64,000 nucleotides of DNA, taken from the NCBI GenBank assembly GCA_965237415.1, contig CBDEFM010000002.1, forward strand, positions 3,072,001-3,136,000, written 5' to 3'. Under the pieces are notes generated by a model. It worked only from the letters and a program-made list of their open reading frames with translations, was not told the DNA's origin and did no database searches. The DNA is from Alphaproteobacteria bacterium (lineage in GTDB: Bacteria; Pseudomonadota; Alphaproteobacteria; UBA828). Shown in pieces: positions 20,123-29,382 of the stretch (position 1 is the first letter of the stretch; the number at the start of each line of letters is the position of its first letter). The position numbers were made by a program, and so were the translations under genes.

Positions 20123-20641
20123 CACATTGCGGTCGACCGGCACTTCTACTCGGTTCCCTACCAGTATGTCGGCAAGGAGGTCGATGTCCGCCTGCGCGGG
20201 CAGGTGATCGATGTCTTCCACCGCGGCCGGCAGATCGCCAGCCATCTCCGCAGCCAGGCCAAAGGCCGCGCCACCACGCTCAAGGAGCATCAACCGCAGG
20301 CGCATCAGCGCGCCGGCGTCGAGGGCACTCGCGACCGGCTGGAGCGGGACGCGCGGGATATCGGTCCCCATGTCCACGCCTTCGTCGTCGCGGTGATGGA
20401 GCGCAACCCCAATCCGGAGTTCGGCTTCCGCTCCTGCTACGGCGTTCTCCGGCTGGCCAACGGCCACGAGCCGGAACGCTTCGACGCCGCCTGCCGCTAC
20501 GCCCTGGAGCTCGGCACCCGGACCTACCGTGGGCTCGACAACATCCTGCGTACCGGCGCCGATCACGCCGCCGCTGAGTTGGAGCCCGAGACCATGCCTA
20601 TCGATCATTCCAACATCCGAGGCCCGGAGGCCTTCAAATGA
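20123..20641 (+). pseudogene. istA: IS21 IstA C-terminal fragment
   Basis: HIAVDRHFYSVPY...IASH...HSNIRGPE. Confidence 0.85.
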
Positions 20642-21399
20642 CCGACAACCCCGTCTCCCACCCATTGGCACAGCGCATCGCCTCATTGCGCCTGCCCGGC
20701 ATGCAGGCCGCCTTCCTCGAACAGATGGCGCGGCACGACCTCGGCGACATGACCTTCGAGGACCGGCTCGGGTTGCTGATCGACCGCGAAATCGCCGAAC
20801 GGCGCTCCAGAGCCCTGCAGCGGCGCCTCAAGAAGGCCCAGCTGCGCCACCAGGACGCCTGCTTCGAGGACATCAACCTGAGCCGCCCCCGCGGCCTCGA
20901 CCGCAACGTCGTTCTCGGCCTCGGCGACTGCGCGTGGATCCGCAACGGCGCCAATATCCTGATCACCGGTCCTTGCGGCACGGGCAAGTCCTGGATCGCC
21001 TGCGCGCTCGCCCACAAAGCATGTCTCGAAGGCCACCAGGCTCAGTACCAGCGCGTGCCGCGGCTGCTCACCGAGCTGCGGATCGCCCATGGCGAGGGCA
21101 CCGTCCCGAAGCTCTACCGCGATCTCGCCCGCATCGAGGTGCTGGTCCTCGATGACTGGGGCCTGGCGCCCATCGATGCCGCGCGGGCCCGCGACCTCCT
21201 CGAGATCCTCGATGACCGCTTCGGCCGGCGCTCGGCGATCGTCACCAGCCAGTTGCCGGTCGCCGAATGGCACCGACAACTGAACGATCCCACGCTGGCC
21301 GACGCCATCCTCGACCGTCTCGTTCATGGCGCCACCCGGTTCGAGCTGCACGGCACATCCATGCGCACCGATGACGCCGGCGCCGGAACCAAGGCATGA
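20638..21399 (+). CDS. istB: IS21 helper ATPase IstB
   Basis: GPCGTGKS, VLVLDDWGL, TSQLP..W, ADAILDRLVH. Confidence 0.95.
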   Translation: MTDNPVSHPLAQRIASLRLPGMQAAFLEQMARHDLGDMTFEDRLGLLIDREIAERRSRALQRRLKKAQLRHQDACFEDINLSRPRGLDRNVVLGLGDCAWIRNGANILITGPCGTGKSWIACALAHKACLEGHQAQYQRVPRLLTELRIAHGEGTVPKLYRDLARIEVLVLDDWGLAPIDAARARDLLEILDDRFGRRSAIVTSQLPVAEWHRQLNDPTLADAILDRLVHGATRFELHGTSMRTDDAGAGTKA

Positions 21400-21639
21400 A
21401 CGCGACGACAGGGAGCCGCGCTTCGCGCGGTAGAATCGTCGCTCCGCTCCGGGGTGTCGGAGCAAGCGGAGAGATCGAGCGAAAGCATGGTGCGCGCGCG
21501 CCGCTCCGACTCGTGAGGGGTCACGCGTCGCGCGCGCACCATGCTCCACCGCCTTGCCGCAGCACCTTCGGCGGTGGTATCGATCTCGAAGAAATCGCGG
21601 AGGGAGAACTGCTGACATCAACGTAATCGCGTCGCTTCG

Positions 21640-21738
21640 CTCCGGGGTGGCTGCCAGGCTGAGAGGGGGTGGCTACTTTGCTGAGAATAGGTGGCTACGT
21701 TGAGTGAGAACGACCGGCTACATTGGTGAGAATCGGCA
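21640..21738 (+). repeat. IS21 right end with ~22-bp subterminal transposase-binding repeats
   Basis: GGTGGCTAC...GAGAA units at 21668, 21690 and about 21713; ends in ...CGGCA. Confidence 0.75.
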
Positions 21739-21889
21739 TCTCCGGTGTGCCGCCATCGGGCATGTCGCCTTCGCCGGTGACCGGGCCACTGCCGCTGCCG
21801 CCTCCGCCACCGCCGCAAGCGGACAACGCCACGGCAAGCAGTGCGGTCGCTGCACAAGTGCTGAGGTATTCGCTATATTTCGCAGCCAT
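21739..21889 (-). pseudogene. Lipoprotein N-terminus truncated by IS21
   Basis: Signal peptide with lipobox LSAC followed by a GGGGGGSGSG linker; cut at the IS21 end. Confidence 0.7.
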
Positions 21890-22165
21890 TGAAGCCTCCC
21901 TCTATGCGCAGATCCACGGTCTCAGGTTCGCCAATCCCATGCCGAGATTGCGAACGCATTATTGGCCAACACTCGGAGCCGGTTGTAGAAACGATCAATC
22001 CGCGCCGAACGCCTCTTAGAACTGTCGGAGAAAGCCCAACTCGCCGCGCGAGCGCCGGTAGTCGTGGAGCTGCGCGTTGGTCTCCCGCTCCGCTCTCACC
22101 ACAGCAAACTTCGGGCTATCGTTTGCGTGCCCCGAAGGCCCCGATGATCGATCCGACGATGGTCG

Positions 22166-23806
22166 CTAGTCGCGTTCTGCTCCGAAGGCGCCAACCATGC
22201 TGCGATGTTCTCCGTACTGCGCGGTGAATGCTCCGGCGACTCCGGTGGGTTGCGCTGTATCGGCGGGTGATTCGAAGTTCGAATAGAACTGTGCCTCCCA
22301 CTGCCCGCCGTCGCGAGGAAGCCCTCGAATGGACCACGAAACGGTGTCGACCGCGGCTGCTACTGCGCCGGTCGCGATGGGCCGAGACTTCAACGTCACT
22401 GACCAAGTGGGTTCTGTGTCGAACTCGGTGATGGAGCCGCTGAGTGTATCGGCCTCGAAGTCTGCGATCAGGGTTGCCGTGGCCTGGAACCTTCCGGAGC
22501 GTGAGCGATCGTCTTCCGCGGCTTCGATGTCATAGAAACCGTAGTAGCCAATGGCCGCGCCTTCGTACGTCGCAGATCCAGTAGCACCGGCGACGTTTGT
22601 CACCGCGTTCATCCCGCCGTAGTTTGCTGCGTAGTCGAACACTGCATCGACAGCATTCGGAAGGGTCTCGATTGGCTCTCTCTTCCACCATCCGAACCAC
22701 ATGTACTCTGCGTCTGGAATGATGACCTTTGATGTTGCGCTCGTGGGAATGAACTGCCACTCCGCGTTCGTCCGCCCGAAGACGTAGTCGCCGGGTCCGG
22801 AGATATCTACGGTGCAGGTTCCTCCCGATGCGGCTCCTGCGCAGCGGAACGTTCCCGGAGCGCCTTGAAGCGATCCGGAGATGTCGATGCTGTAGCGTTC
22901 CGGATAGCGGTCCATGTTCCGTACTGCCAGTCGATAGTCTGGTTGGCTGGTGTCGTACGGGGTCAGATCCTGTTCACTGTCATCGATATTGTCGGCACGC
23001 AAAGTTGCAATCTCCGCATCACGTGCCGCCTTTGCATCACGTGCCTCTTGTTTTTGAGCCTCGGTTGGTCCCCGGTCGGTCACGGTGAACGTTTCCAGCT
23101 CGCCCTGCCGTTGTGTGCTCGGACGAGGGAACCGCGAAGATGCCGCGAGTGTTCCATGGGTGGCGGTGATGATGTCGATATGGTTGTCTACCCCGAGGAC
23201 TCTTCCGCTCTCATCGTAAGTCAACGCTGAACCCAACGAATGATCGCGAAAATCTTCTCGTGTCGGAGCTTCCACGTTGGAGAAGATTTCGACGAAGTCT
23301 CTTCTCTGCTCGCTGCTTCCGGATCGAGTGGTCTTGAACCACCCACCTGACGATCCGGTGCTCGTGCTGGTGAACGTCGCGTCGGTAGCGGTGGCAAGCA
23401 CCGGCTCATTGTGCGACAGAGTCGCCGGCGCCAAGGGGACGGCACTGGCGGAGGCGTCGGGAATCGCGGAGACGATTTCGAAGGCGACAAAGCGGTCCAG
23501 CGTCTGCTGCGCCTCGTCACGCTCTTCCTCGGCATCATCGCGCCCCTGCTCGGCCTCTTCGCGCCCCTGCTCTTCCTGCTGACGGCGCTGCTGCTCGGCC
23601 TGGCGCTGGCGCTCGGCCTCCTGCTCCCGTCGCCGCGCCTCGTCCCGTTCGGCCTGAGCGTCTTCGAGCCGCTCCTGGAGCGCTTCCTCCTGGGCCTGGG
23701 ACAGGCCGTCATCGCCGCCCGAGCATGCGCCCAAGCCGATAAGTCCAGCAGCGACGAGCGCCATGACGCTACCGCGGCCAAGCCAACTTCGTCTGATCTT
23801 GTTCAT
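22166..23806 (-). CDS. Slam-dependent surface lipoprotein (coiled-coil linker + TbpB-like C-terminal barrel), 546 aa
   Basis: Lipobox LGAC; GSATYEGAAIG...ATLIADF...GVAGAF...VGAFGA barrel motifs; directly downstream of Slam. Confidence 0.85.
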   Translation of the reverse strand: MNKIRRSWLGRGSVMALVAAGLIGLGACSGGDDGLSQAQEEALQERLEDAQAERDEARRREQEAERQRQAEQQRRQQEEQGREEAEQGRDDAEEERDEAQQTLDRFVAFEIVSAIPDASASAVPLAPATLSHNEPVLATATDATFTSTSTGSSGGWFKTTRSGSSEQRRDFVEIFSNVEAPTREDFRDHSLGSALTYDESGRVLGVDNHIDIITATHGTLAASSRFPRPSTQRQGELETFTVTDRGPTEAQKQEARDAKAARDAEIATLRADNIDDSEQDLTPYDTSQPDYRLAVRNMDRYPERYSIDISGSLQGAPGTFRCAGAASGGTCTVDISGPGDYVFGRTNAEWQFIPTSATSKVIIPDAEYMWFGWWKREPIETLPNAVDAVFDYAANYGGMNAVTNVAGATGSATYEGAAIGYYGFYDIEAAEDDRSRSGRFQATATLIADFEADTLSGSITEFDTEPTWSVTLKSRPIATGAVAAAVDTVSWSIRGLPRDGGQWEAQFYSNFESPADTAQPTGVAGAFTAQYGEHRSMVGAFGAERD

Positions 23807-23916
23807 TGCACGCTCCTCCGCGTTGAGGTTTTCCGATCAATCAACGCCCCAAGTGGGCTACTCCTCTTCGACATGCTCACCACAAAAAATGGTGGGCCGA
23901 CGGTGAGATCGCAGCA

Positions 23917-25362
23917 TTAGAACTGCCGCACGAAGCGCAGCTCGCCGCGCGTGCGCTTGTAGTCGTAGAGCTGCGCGTTGGTGTCGCGCTCCTCGTGCAC
24001 CGCCACAATCGCCGGGCTGAAGCCGAACACCGTGACGCCCCGGTTGTGGACCGAGAGCCGGACGCTCTGGGTGCGATCCGCCCGGTCCTCCCCCACCGGC
24101 GTGTTCGGGAACCACTCGTCCCCGAAGTCGGTCCAGCGCACCTCGCCGCCGCCGCCCACGGTGAAGCCCAGCGGCAGCGCCACCGTAACCCCGGCGCCGA
24201 GCCAGCGGCTGTCGTTGCGCTCGCGGTCGCGCTCGGGCTCCTCATGCGCGTATCCGGCCGAGAGCTCCGCCCGCACCGTCGGCGTCACCACCCACGAGCC
24301 CCGGAGCGATACGTCCCACACCGGCCCGTCCAGATGGTCCCGCATCCGGTAGCGCCGGTCGTGCCAGGAGGCGTTTGCGAATGCCGTCACCCGCGGGGTG
24401 ATCCGCCGCGCCACCTCCAGCCGCGCACCGAGCTCGCGATTGTTCGGCACGGTGCCGACCCAGCGCTGGCGCGCGCTCGCCAGCAGGCTCCCCTCCGTGT
24501 TCTGGTCGATCAGCCAGCGCGGGCCGAGATGGGTGGCGAGGAAGAGCTGATCGAACTCCGAGCGCTCGTACTCCCGCCGCGCCGCCGAGCCACCTGCGCG
24601 CAGCCTGAGCCGCTCCGCCAACGGCACCTGGTACTCCGCCCCGCCCCAGACCGAGACGCCGATGCCCGAGGAGGTCAGCTGCTCCGCATCCCGCTCGAAC
24701 GGCAGGGGCCGGCCAAAGAATTCAATGTAGATGGTCCGCTCCTCGGAGCCCGCGCCGATGTTGCTGTCCGGCGCCAGCGCGAAGCCGACGTTGAAGCTCC
24801 AGCGCCCGCGCGACCTGATCTCGTTGAGGAAGAGGTTGACGTTGACGGCCACCGCGTCGGGCACGCCGCCCGCCAGCACCGCCTCGAAGTGGCGCCGGGC
24901 CAGCTCGTCCTCCCCCTTGAGGAAGAACGCCCGGGCCAGCTCCAGCCGCACCCGCACCAGGTCGGGACGCTGGACCAGCATCACGTGGAAGGCGGCGATG
25001 GCCTCGTCCAGCAGGGTCTCCCGCTCCTCCTCCGGGCGGCCGGGCCGCTGCGATGCCTCCAGCGACGCCAGGCCGTAGAGGAAGAGCGCGTTCGGTTCGA
25101 TCGACTCCTGCTCGAGCAGCCGCCGCAGCGCGACGATTGCCTCCTCGAAGCGGCCGGCGTCGACCAACGCCCCGGCGGCGGCGGCGTCGGGCGATGGCGC
25201 GGTCTCGGTGGGCGATATCCCCCCTTCGTCCGCGCGGGGAGACGGTGGGGGAACGGGCGTCTCCTCGGTCTGCGGCCCCTCTTCCTGGGCGGCGGCCGGC
25301 AGGGAGAGGGATAGCGCGAGCGCAGCGAGAAGGAGGCTGCGCCGCAAAGAGGCAAGCGTCAT
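23917..25362 (-). CDS. Slam (surface lipoprotein assembly modifier; TPR + DUF560 beta-barrel; T11SS)
   Basis: Signal peptide, RVRLELARAFF TPR, APDSNI, barrel ending in FVRQF. Confidence 0.88.
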   Translation of the reverse strand: MTLASLRRSLLLAALALSLSLPAAAQEEGPQTEETPVPPPSPRADEGGISPTETAPSPDAAAAGALVDAGRFEEAIVALRRLLEQESIEPNALFLYGLASLEASQRPGRPEEERETLLDEAIAAFHVMLVQRPDLVRVRLELARAFFLKGEDELARRHFEAVLAGGVPDAVAVNVNLFLNEIRSRGRWSFNVGFALAPDSNIGAGSEERTIYIEFFGRPLPFERDAEQLTSSGIGVSVWGGAEYQVPLAERLRLRAGGSAARREYERSEFDQLFLATHLGPRWLIDQNTEGSLLASARQRWVGTVPNNRELGARLEVARRITPRVTAFANASWHDRRYRMRDHLDGPVWDVSLRGSWVVTPTVRAELSAGYAHEEPERDRERNDSRWLGAGVTVALPLGFTVGGGGEVRWTDFGDEWFPNTPVGEDRADRTQSVRLSVHNRGVTVFGFSPAIVAVHEERDTNAQLYDYKRTRGELRFVRQF

Positions 25363-25393
25363 TGCGAGAACTTTGACTACGTGCGGAAGGGTG

Positions 25394-25423
25394 GAAAAAG
25401 AGGGGCGGCTCAAGGGCCGCCCC
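25394..25423 (-). terminator. Intrinsic terminator between lipoprotein and Slam
   Basis: GGGGCGGC-N6-GCCGCCCC followed by TCTTTTT on the minus strand. Confidence 0.75.
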
Positions 25424-25457
25424 GTGCACTCCGGTCATCTCCGGTTCGTCAGTTGTG

Positions 25458-27431
25458 CTAGTCCTGATCCGCGCCGAACGCGCCGACGACGGCCGTTGCG
25501 GGCATTCCATCGTCGTCTGCCACAGCATCAGCATCGGCTGTCTCGGCCCAGAACCGCCCGGCCACACCGCTCGGAGCGAGCGCACCGTCAGTGTTGCTGC
25601 TCGGCCCGAAGAGCTGGCCGTTCCAGCTACCGTCCCACGACACGCCGTCCGCCGAGCCAGTGGTACCGGTTGCCCCAATGAGTCCATCCATGGTCTCACC
25701 GAAGTCGAATGCTCCCAACAGGACGACCCAGTCGTTCTCGCCGGCCGACGGATCGTTGGGCGAGGCCTGCGTATCGTCCCCCAGGAACACGCCATCGGTG
25801 CCCCGGAAGTTGTCGATGCGACCGGAGATCATGTAGTCGGTCGCATCCTCCACGCCGTCCATATCCGCGTCGAAGGCGGCGGTCAGCATCGCGCGGGCGG
25901 TGAACAGGCCGGAGTCGGCGCCGTCCACGTAGATGCCGGTCGCCCCGCCGCTGTAGGTCGCCGAGCCGCGCAGGCCGGCGGCGTTGTTGGCGGTGAGGGC
26001 GTCAGTTGCAGGCGCCCAGGGGTCCATACCGTTGAAGAACACGCCCATCCTGTGCGTCCCGCCAGGATCGTCAGGCGTGGTCAGCCAGGCGCCGTAGGCC
26101 ATCCAGTCCTGATCCGGGACCGTGATCATGGCGCCGGGATCGGGGGTGAACGACCACCTTCCGGTGGAAGCAGTCATGGTCGGGTCGGCGCTGGTGTTAT
26201 TAACCCCGACTGTGCCATCGTCGTTCCTCACTAGGCCACAACCTGCAGTATCAACCGTCGCCACCCCGATGCACTGAAACTGGCCCGGAGCGCCGAAGTA
26301 CGATCCCGTGAATGTTTCGCTCTCATTGACGCTGAGATCCTGATCCTGGGCCCCGACCAGGGAATCGCTGTCGAAGACCATGGCCGCCCACTGCACGGAA
26401 TCCGCCGCCAGAAGTTCAGCGCCACCGTCTGGTGTAAAAGCATCAGCACCAATGTACACCGATGTACCCAGCGTAGTAACACCGGGATTACTCCCATCGG
26501 CCCGCATGGCCAACGCGAACATGGCCTTCGCGGCATCGTTCACGTACTTACCGGACAGCTTGCGGTCGAAGGGATACGGCGTGCCTTCGCCCAGGTTCTT
26601 GACGACGATGGCGCCCGTCTCGAAGCCGCCGTCGCCCGTGTCGCCTGCCGTGTCGCCCCAATCCCGGTGCAGCGTCTTCATGCCCCAGTCGGTGGGCGCC
26701 ATTGCCATGTCGTCGCTCGCGGGGATTCCGTCTCCGTCCGGCCTCATGGCCCCGGAAATCGTCGAGCCCATCGTGAGGGTTGGCGAAAGCCCTGGCGCTG
26801 CTGCCGCGTTGCCTGGGGCGTCGCCAAAGTCTGCCCCATTCGGATCGAATATGCTCCGCAGCGCGGCCATGCTCGCATCGAGAGCGCCGGGGCCACCGAT
26901 GCCCATCCCGATGAGTTCGGTGGGATCGAGGTCGGGCGGCGTGGTGGTTCCGTCCTGCGCGCCCACGTCGTTGCGAATGGATTCAATACTCCCGTCATTA
27001 AACTCCGCGAACGTATCCATCGGCCCGGGCGGAACCATGGCCGTGGCCATCGGGTCGCCGGCGTCCGCGAGCTTCTGCGTGCTCACACTCGCGACGATCG
27101 TGTCGAGGTTGTTGGTGAGCGTGAACGTGCAGGGATAGGCGCTGTCACAGCTGAACACCACGTCGGCGCGCGTCGCCATCCCGCCGGCCGCAACAGTCAA
27201 CGTGTCGGAGTCACCGGGATTCGGCAGCACCGCCACGAGAGCGGCCTGCTCCGCAGCCCCCAACGCCACATCCATCGTGACGTCGACGGACATGCCCTCC
27301 ATCGGCTCGGGCACTTCCGTCCCGGTTTGCGTGCTGTCGTCGCCATTGTGGACGCAGCCGTACATGACGGCCGAGAGTGCGACGATCGAGCACGCCGCCA
27401 GCATACTGCGAGTCAGCTTCGTCTTCTTCAT
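25458..27431 (-). CDS. Slam-dependent acidic surface lipoprotein with TbpB-like barrel, 657 aa
   Basis: Lipobox MYGC; GSATYSGGATG...LTAAF...ISGRIDNF...VVGAFGA. Confidence 0.88.
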   Translation of the reverse strand: MKKTKLTRSMLAACSIVALSAVMYGCVHNGDDSTQTGTEVPEPMEGMSVDVTMDVALGAAEQAALVAVLPNPGDSDTLTVAAGGMATRADVVFSCDSAYPCTFTLTNNLDTIVASVSTQKLADAGDPMATAMVPPGPMDTFAEFNDGSIESIRNDVGAQDGTTTPPDLDPTELIGMGIGGPGALDASMAALRSIFDPNGADFGDAPGNAAAAPGLSPTLTMGSTISGAMRPDGDGIPASDDMAMAPTDWGMKTLHRDWGDTAGDTGDGGFETGAIVVKNLGEGTPYPFDRKLSGKYVNDAAKAMFALAMRADGSNPGVTTLGTSVYIGADAFTPDGGAELLAADSVQWAAMVFDSDSLVGAQDQDLSVNESETFTGSYFGAPGQFQCIGVATVDTAGCGLVRNDDGTVGVNNTSADPTMTASTGRWSFTPDPGAMITVPDQDWMAYGAWLTTPDDPGGTHRMGVFFNGMDPWAPATDALTANNAAGLRGSATYSGGATGIYVDGADSGLFTARAMLTAAFDADMDGVEDATDYMISGRIDNFRGTDGVFLGDDTQASPNDPSAGENDWVVLLGAFDFGETMDGLIGATGTTGSADGVSWDGSWNGQLFGPSSNTDGALAPSGVAGRFWAETADADAVADDDGMPATAVVGAFGADQD

Positions 27432-27465
27432 GGCTCGAGGCTCTCCTCAGTTTGAAGAGGCCTCG
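27337..27465 (-). repeat. 129-bp inverted repeat, copy 1 (leader, RBS and signal peptide)
   Basis: 125/129 identical to 31395-31523 in opposite orientation. Confidence 0.97.
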
Positions 27466-27721
27466 ATGGGAGGCCTCGCATTGTTGAACTCCAACTGCCA
27501 GCGTACATAACGACTCAGGCAATGTCCATAGCTTCGCACATCAACACAGTACCTCCAAGAAGTCCTTCCCAGAGATACCCCGAACCATAGCGGGCAGTCT
27601 CCGCATCCCGCCATGCCGGGAAACCATGGAACCCACCAAAGGCCGTCCAGGGTCTCCGCCCCGTGTCGCCGCAGCCTCCATGCACATCCTCACGGCATCC
27701 TCCTTGCCGTCCAGCGTGCCG

Positions 27722-27760
27722 TCAAGCAAGCACGCCACAAGCAAGCCGCCAATGCAAGCC
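27722..27760. repeat. Short CAAGC(AAGC) repeats, possible integrase arm-binding sites
   Basis: gtCAAGCAAGCacgccaCAAGCAAGCcgccaatgCAAGC, downstream of the integrases and near the att-like site. Confidence 0.4.
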
Positions 27761-28122
27761 CAAAAAATCAAGGCCCTCCGAAAATTTGCCGCAACGAAAT
27801 CCCTCGTACACCGCCGGTCGAAGCACGTCGCGCCGCATAACCCGGAGCCGGTTGCCCGGCGGGTCCATGTGCTCGTCCAATCCGGGTGTCCCCGCAAGAC
27901 CCTAAGGTGTCGATCGGCGCCGGAGGCGATCCACTGCATCGCGGGTGGTCGAGCACCCAGGCCCTGCCGCGCTGGATGGCGATGACCCGGTGCTCAGGAG
28001 CGATCCCGCCAAACCGACCGTCTCGACCGCACCCGCCGGCTACTGCTCCGGGCCGCTGGTGTCTCCTTAACATATAGCGCAGTGCTTGCCGCCCCATGAT
28101 GCGCCGCTCCACCGCCCGGCCC

Positions 28123-29382
28123 TCACAGCCCTCGGCCCGGAGAGACGGCATCGGACCCGATCGGCGCCGGGGCGGCATCCAGCCCGAAGTCCGCAGGCAG
28201 GATATCCTCTCCGATGCTGGCGGCGACACGGGCCGCCGACGCCTTGACCGAGTCCCGCGCCAGATGTGCATAGCGCGCCGTGGTCTGAACCTGGGCGTGC
28301 CCCAACAGTCTGGCAATCACCGGAAGGCTCTCACCGAGCGCCAGCGCACGGCTGGCGAAGCTATGTCGTAAGTCGTGAATGCGCACACCCTCAAGACCCG
28401 CTCGCGTCCGCACTCGGCACCAGTGCTTGAAGATGTCCGACAGCCGCGCGCCAGGCTTGCGGCCGGGGACGACCCAGGGATTGCCGGCAACGCGCGGCAG
28501 TGCCGCCAGAACCTCCGCCGCCGCCGGCGACAGGGAAACCACTCGAGGACCCGTCTTGCTGTCTGGCAACCGAAGCTCCTTCGCCTCCAGGTCCACGTCC
28601 TCCCAACGCAGGGTCAGGATCTCGTTGCGGCGGCACCCCGTCAGCATCAGCAGACGCAGCGCCGCCACCGCGTGCACCGGCACCCGCCTCTCCGCCTCCA
28701 GCTCCCTCAGCACACGACCGAGGCGGCGGAACTCGGCGTCCGTCAGGAACCGCTCCCGCCGGCCCATCCGATACTTCCGCACATGCCGGCACGGGTTGCT
28801 CCCCGCCGGCGCCACTCCCCAGGCCGCCGCCTCCTCGATCAGCCGCGACAGGGTTGCCACTACCAGGTTCGCCGTAGACGGCCGGTCGCGCAGCCCGTAG
28901 TGCAGGTCGGCAACATGCGTCCGCCCGACCGCCGTGATCGGCAGCTCTCCCAGCACCGGCACGATGTGCTTGTCGACTGCCAACCGGTACTCGGCCACCG
29001 TCCCGGGCTTGCAGCGCACCGCCACATGCTCTCGCAGATAGCGCGCCGCGATGGCGGCCACCGTCGGCTCGCCCCCCGGCGTCGGCGCCATCGGCTCGGG
29101 GACAGGCTCCTCGCCCGCCTTGATGCGGGCGATAATCAGTGCCGCACGGCGGCGCGCCTCATCGGCGGCGATCACCCAGTGACGACCCAACGTCAGGCGT
29201 TTAGAACCATCCGGCCCTCTCGTTTGCACCACGTAATACTTGGACCCCGACGGATAGACCCGCACTCCGAAGCCGGGCAGCTCGGTGTCCCAGAACACCG
29301 TATCCTTCACCACCGACAGCGCCTCCACCGTGCGCTGCGTGATCGATCGTTCTTGCAGCCCCGCCATCCCGACCGGCCTCAT
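28123..29382 (-). CDS. Tyrosine integrase with arm-binding domain (second of tandem pair)
   Basis: WDTELPGFGVRV arm domain; TGCRRNE, SKTG, HDLRH, LLGH...TARYAH. Confidence 0.93.
   Translation of the reverse strand: MRPVGMAGLQERSITQRTVEALSVVKDTVFWDTELPGFGVRVYPSGSKYYVVQTRGPDGSKRLTLGRHWVIAADEARRRAALIIARIKAGEEPVPEPMAPTPGGEPTVAAIAARYLREHVAVRCKPGTVAEYRLAVDKHIVPVLGELPITAVGRTHVADLHYGLRDRPSTANLVVATLSRLIEEAAAWGVAPAGSNPCRHVRKYRMGRRERFLTDAEFRRLGRVLRELEAERRVPVHAVAALRLLMLTGCRRNEILTLRWEDVDLEAKELRLPDSKTGPRVVSLSPAAAEVLAALPRVAGNPWVVPGRKPGARLSDIFKHWCRVRTRAGLEGVRIHDLRHSFASRALALGESLPVIARLLGHAQVQTTARYAHLARDSVKASAARVAASIGEDILPADFGLDAAPAPIGSDAVSPGRGL

Noticed and set aside
21640-21738. Short periodic repeats resembling a mini-CRISPR
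   Set aside because: No spacers and no cas genes; position and period match IS21 subterminal repeats
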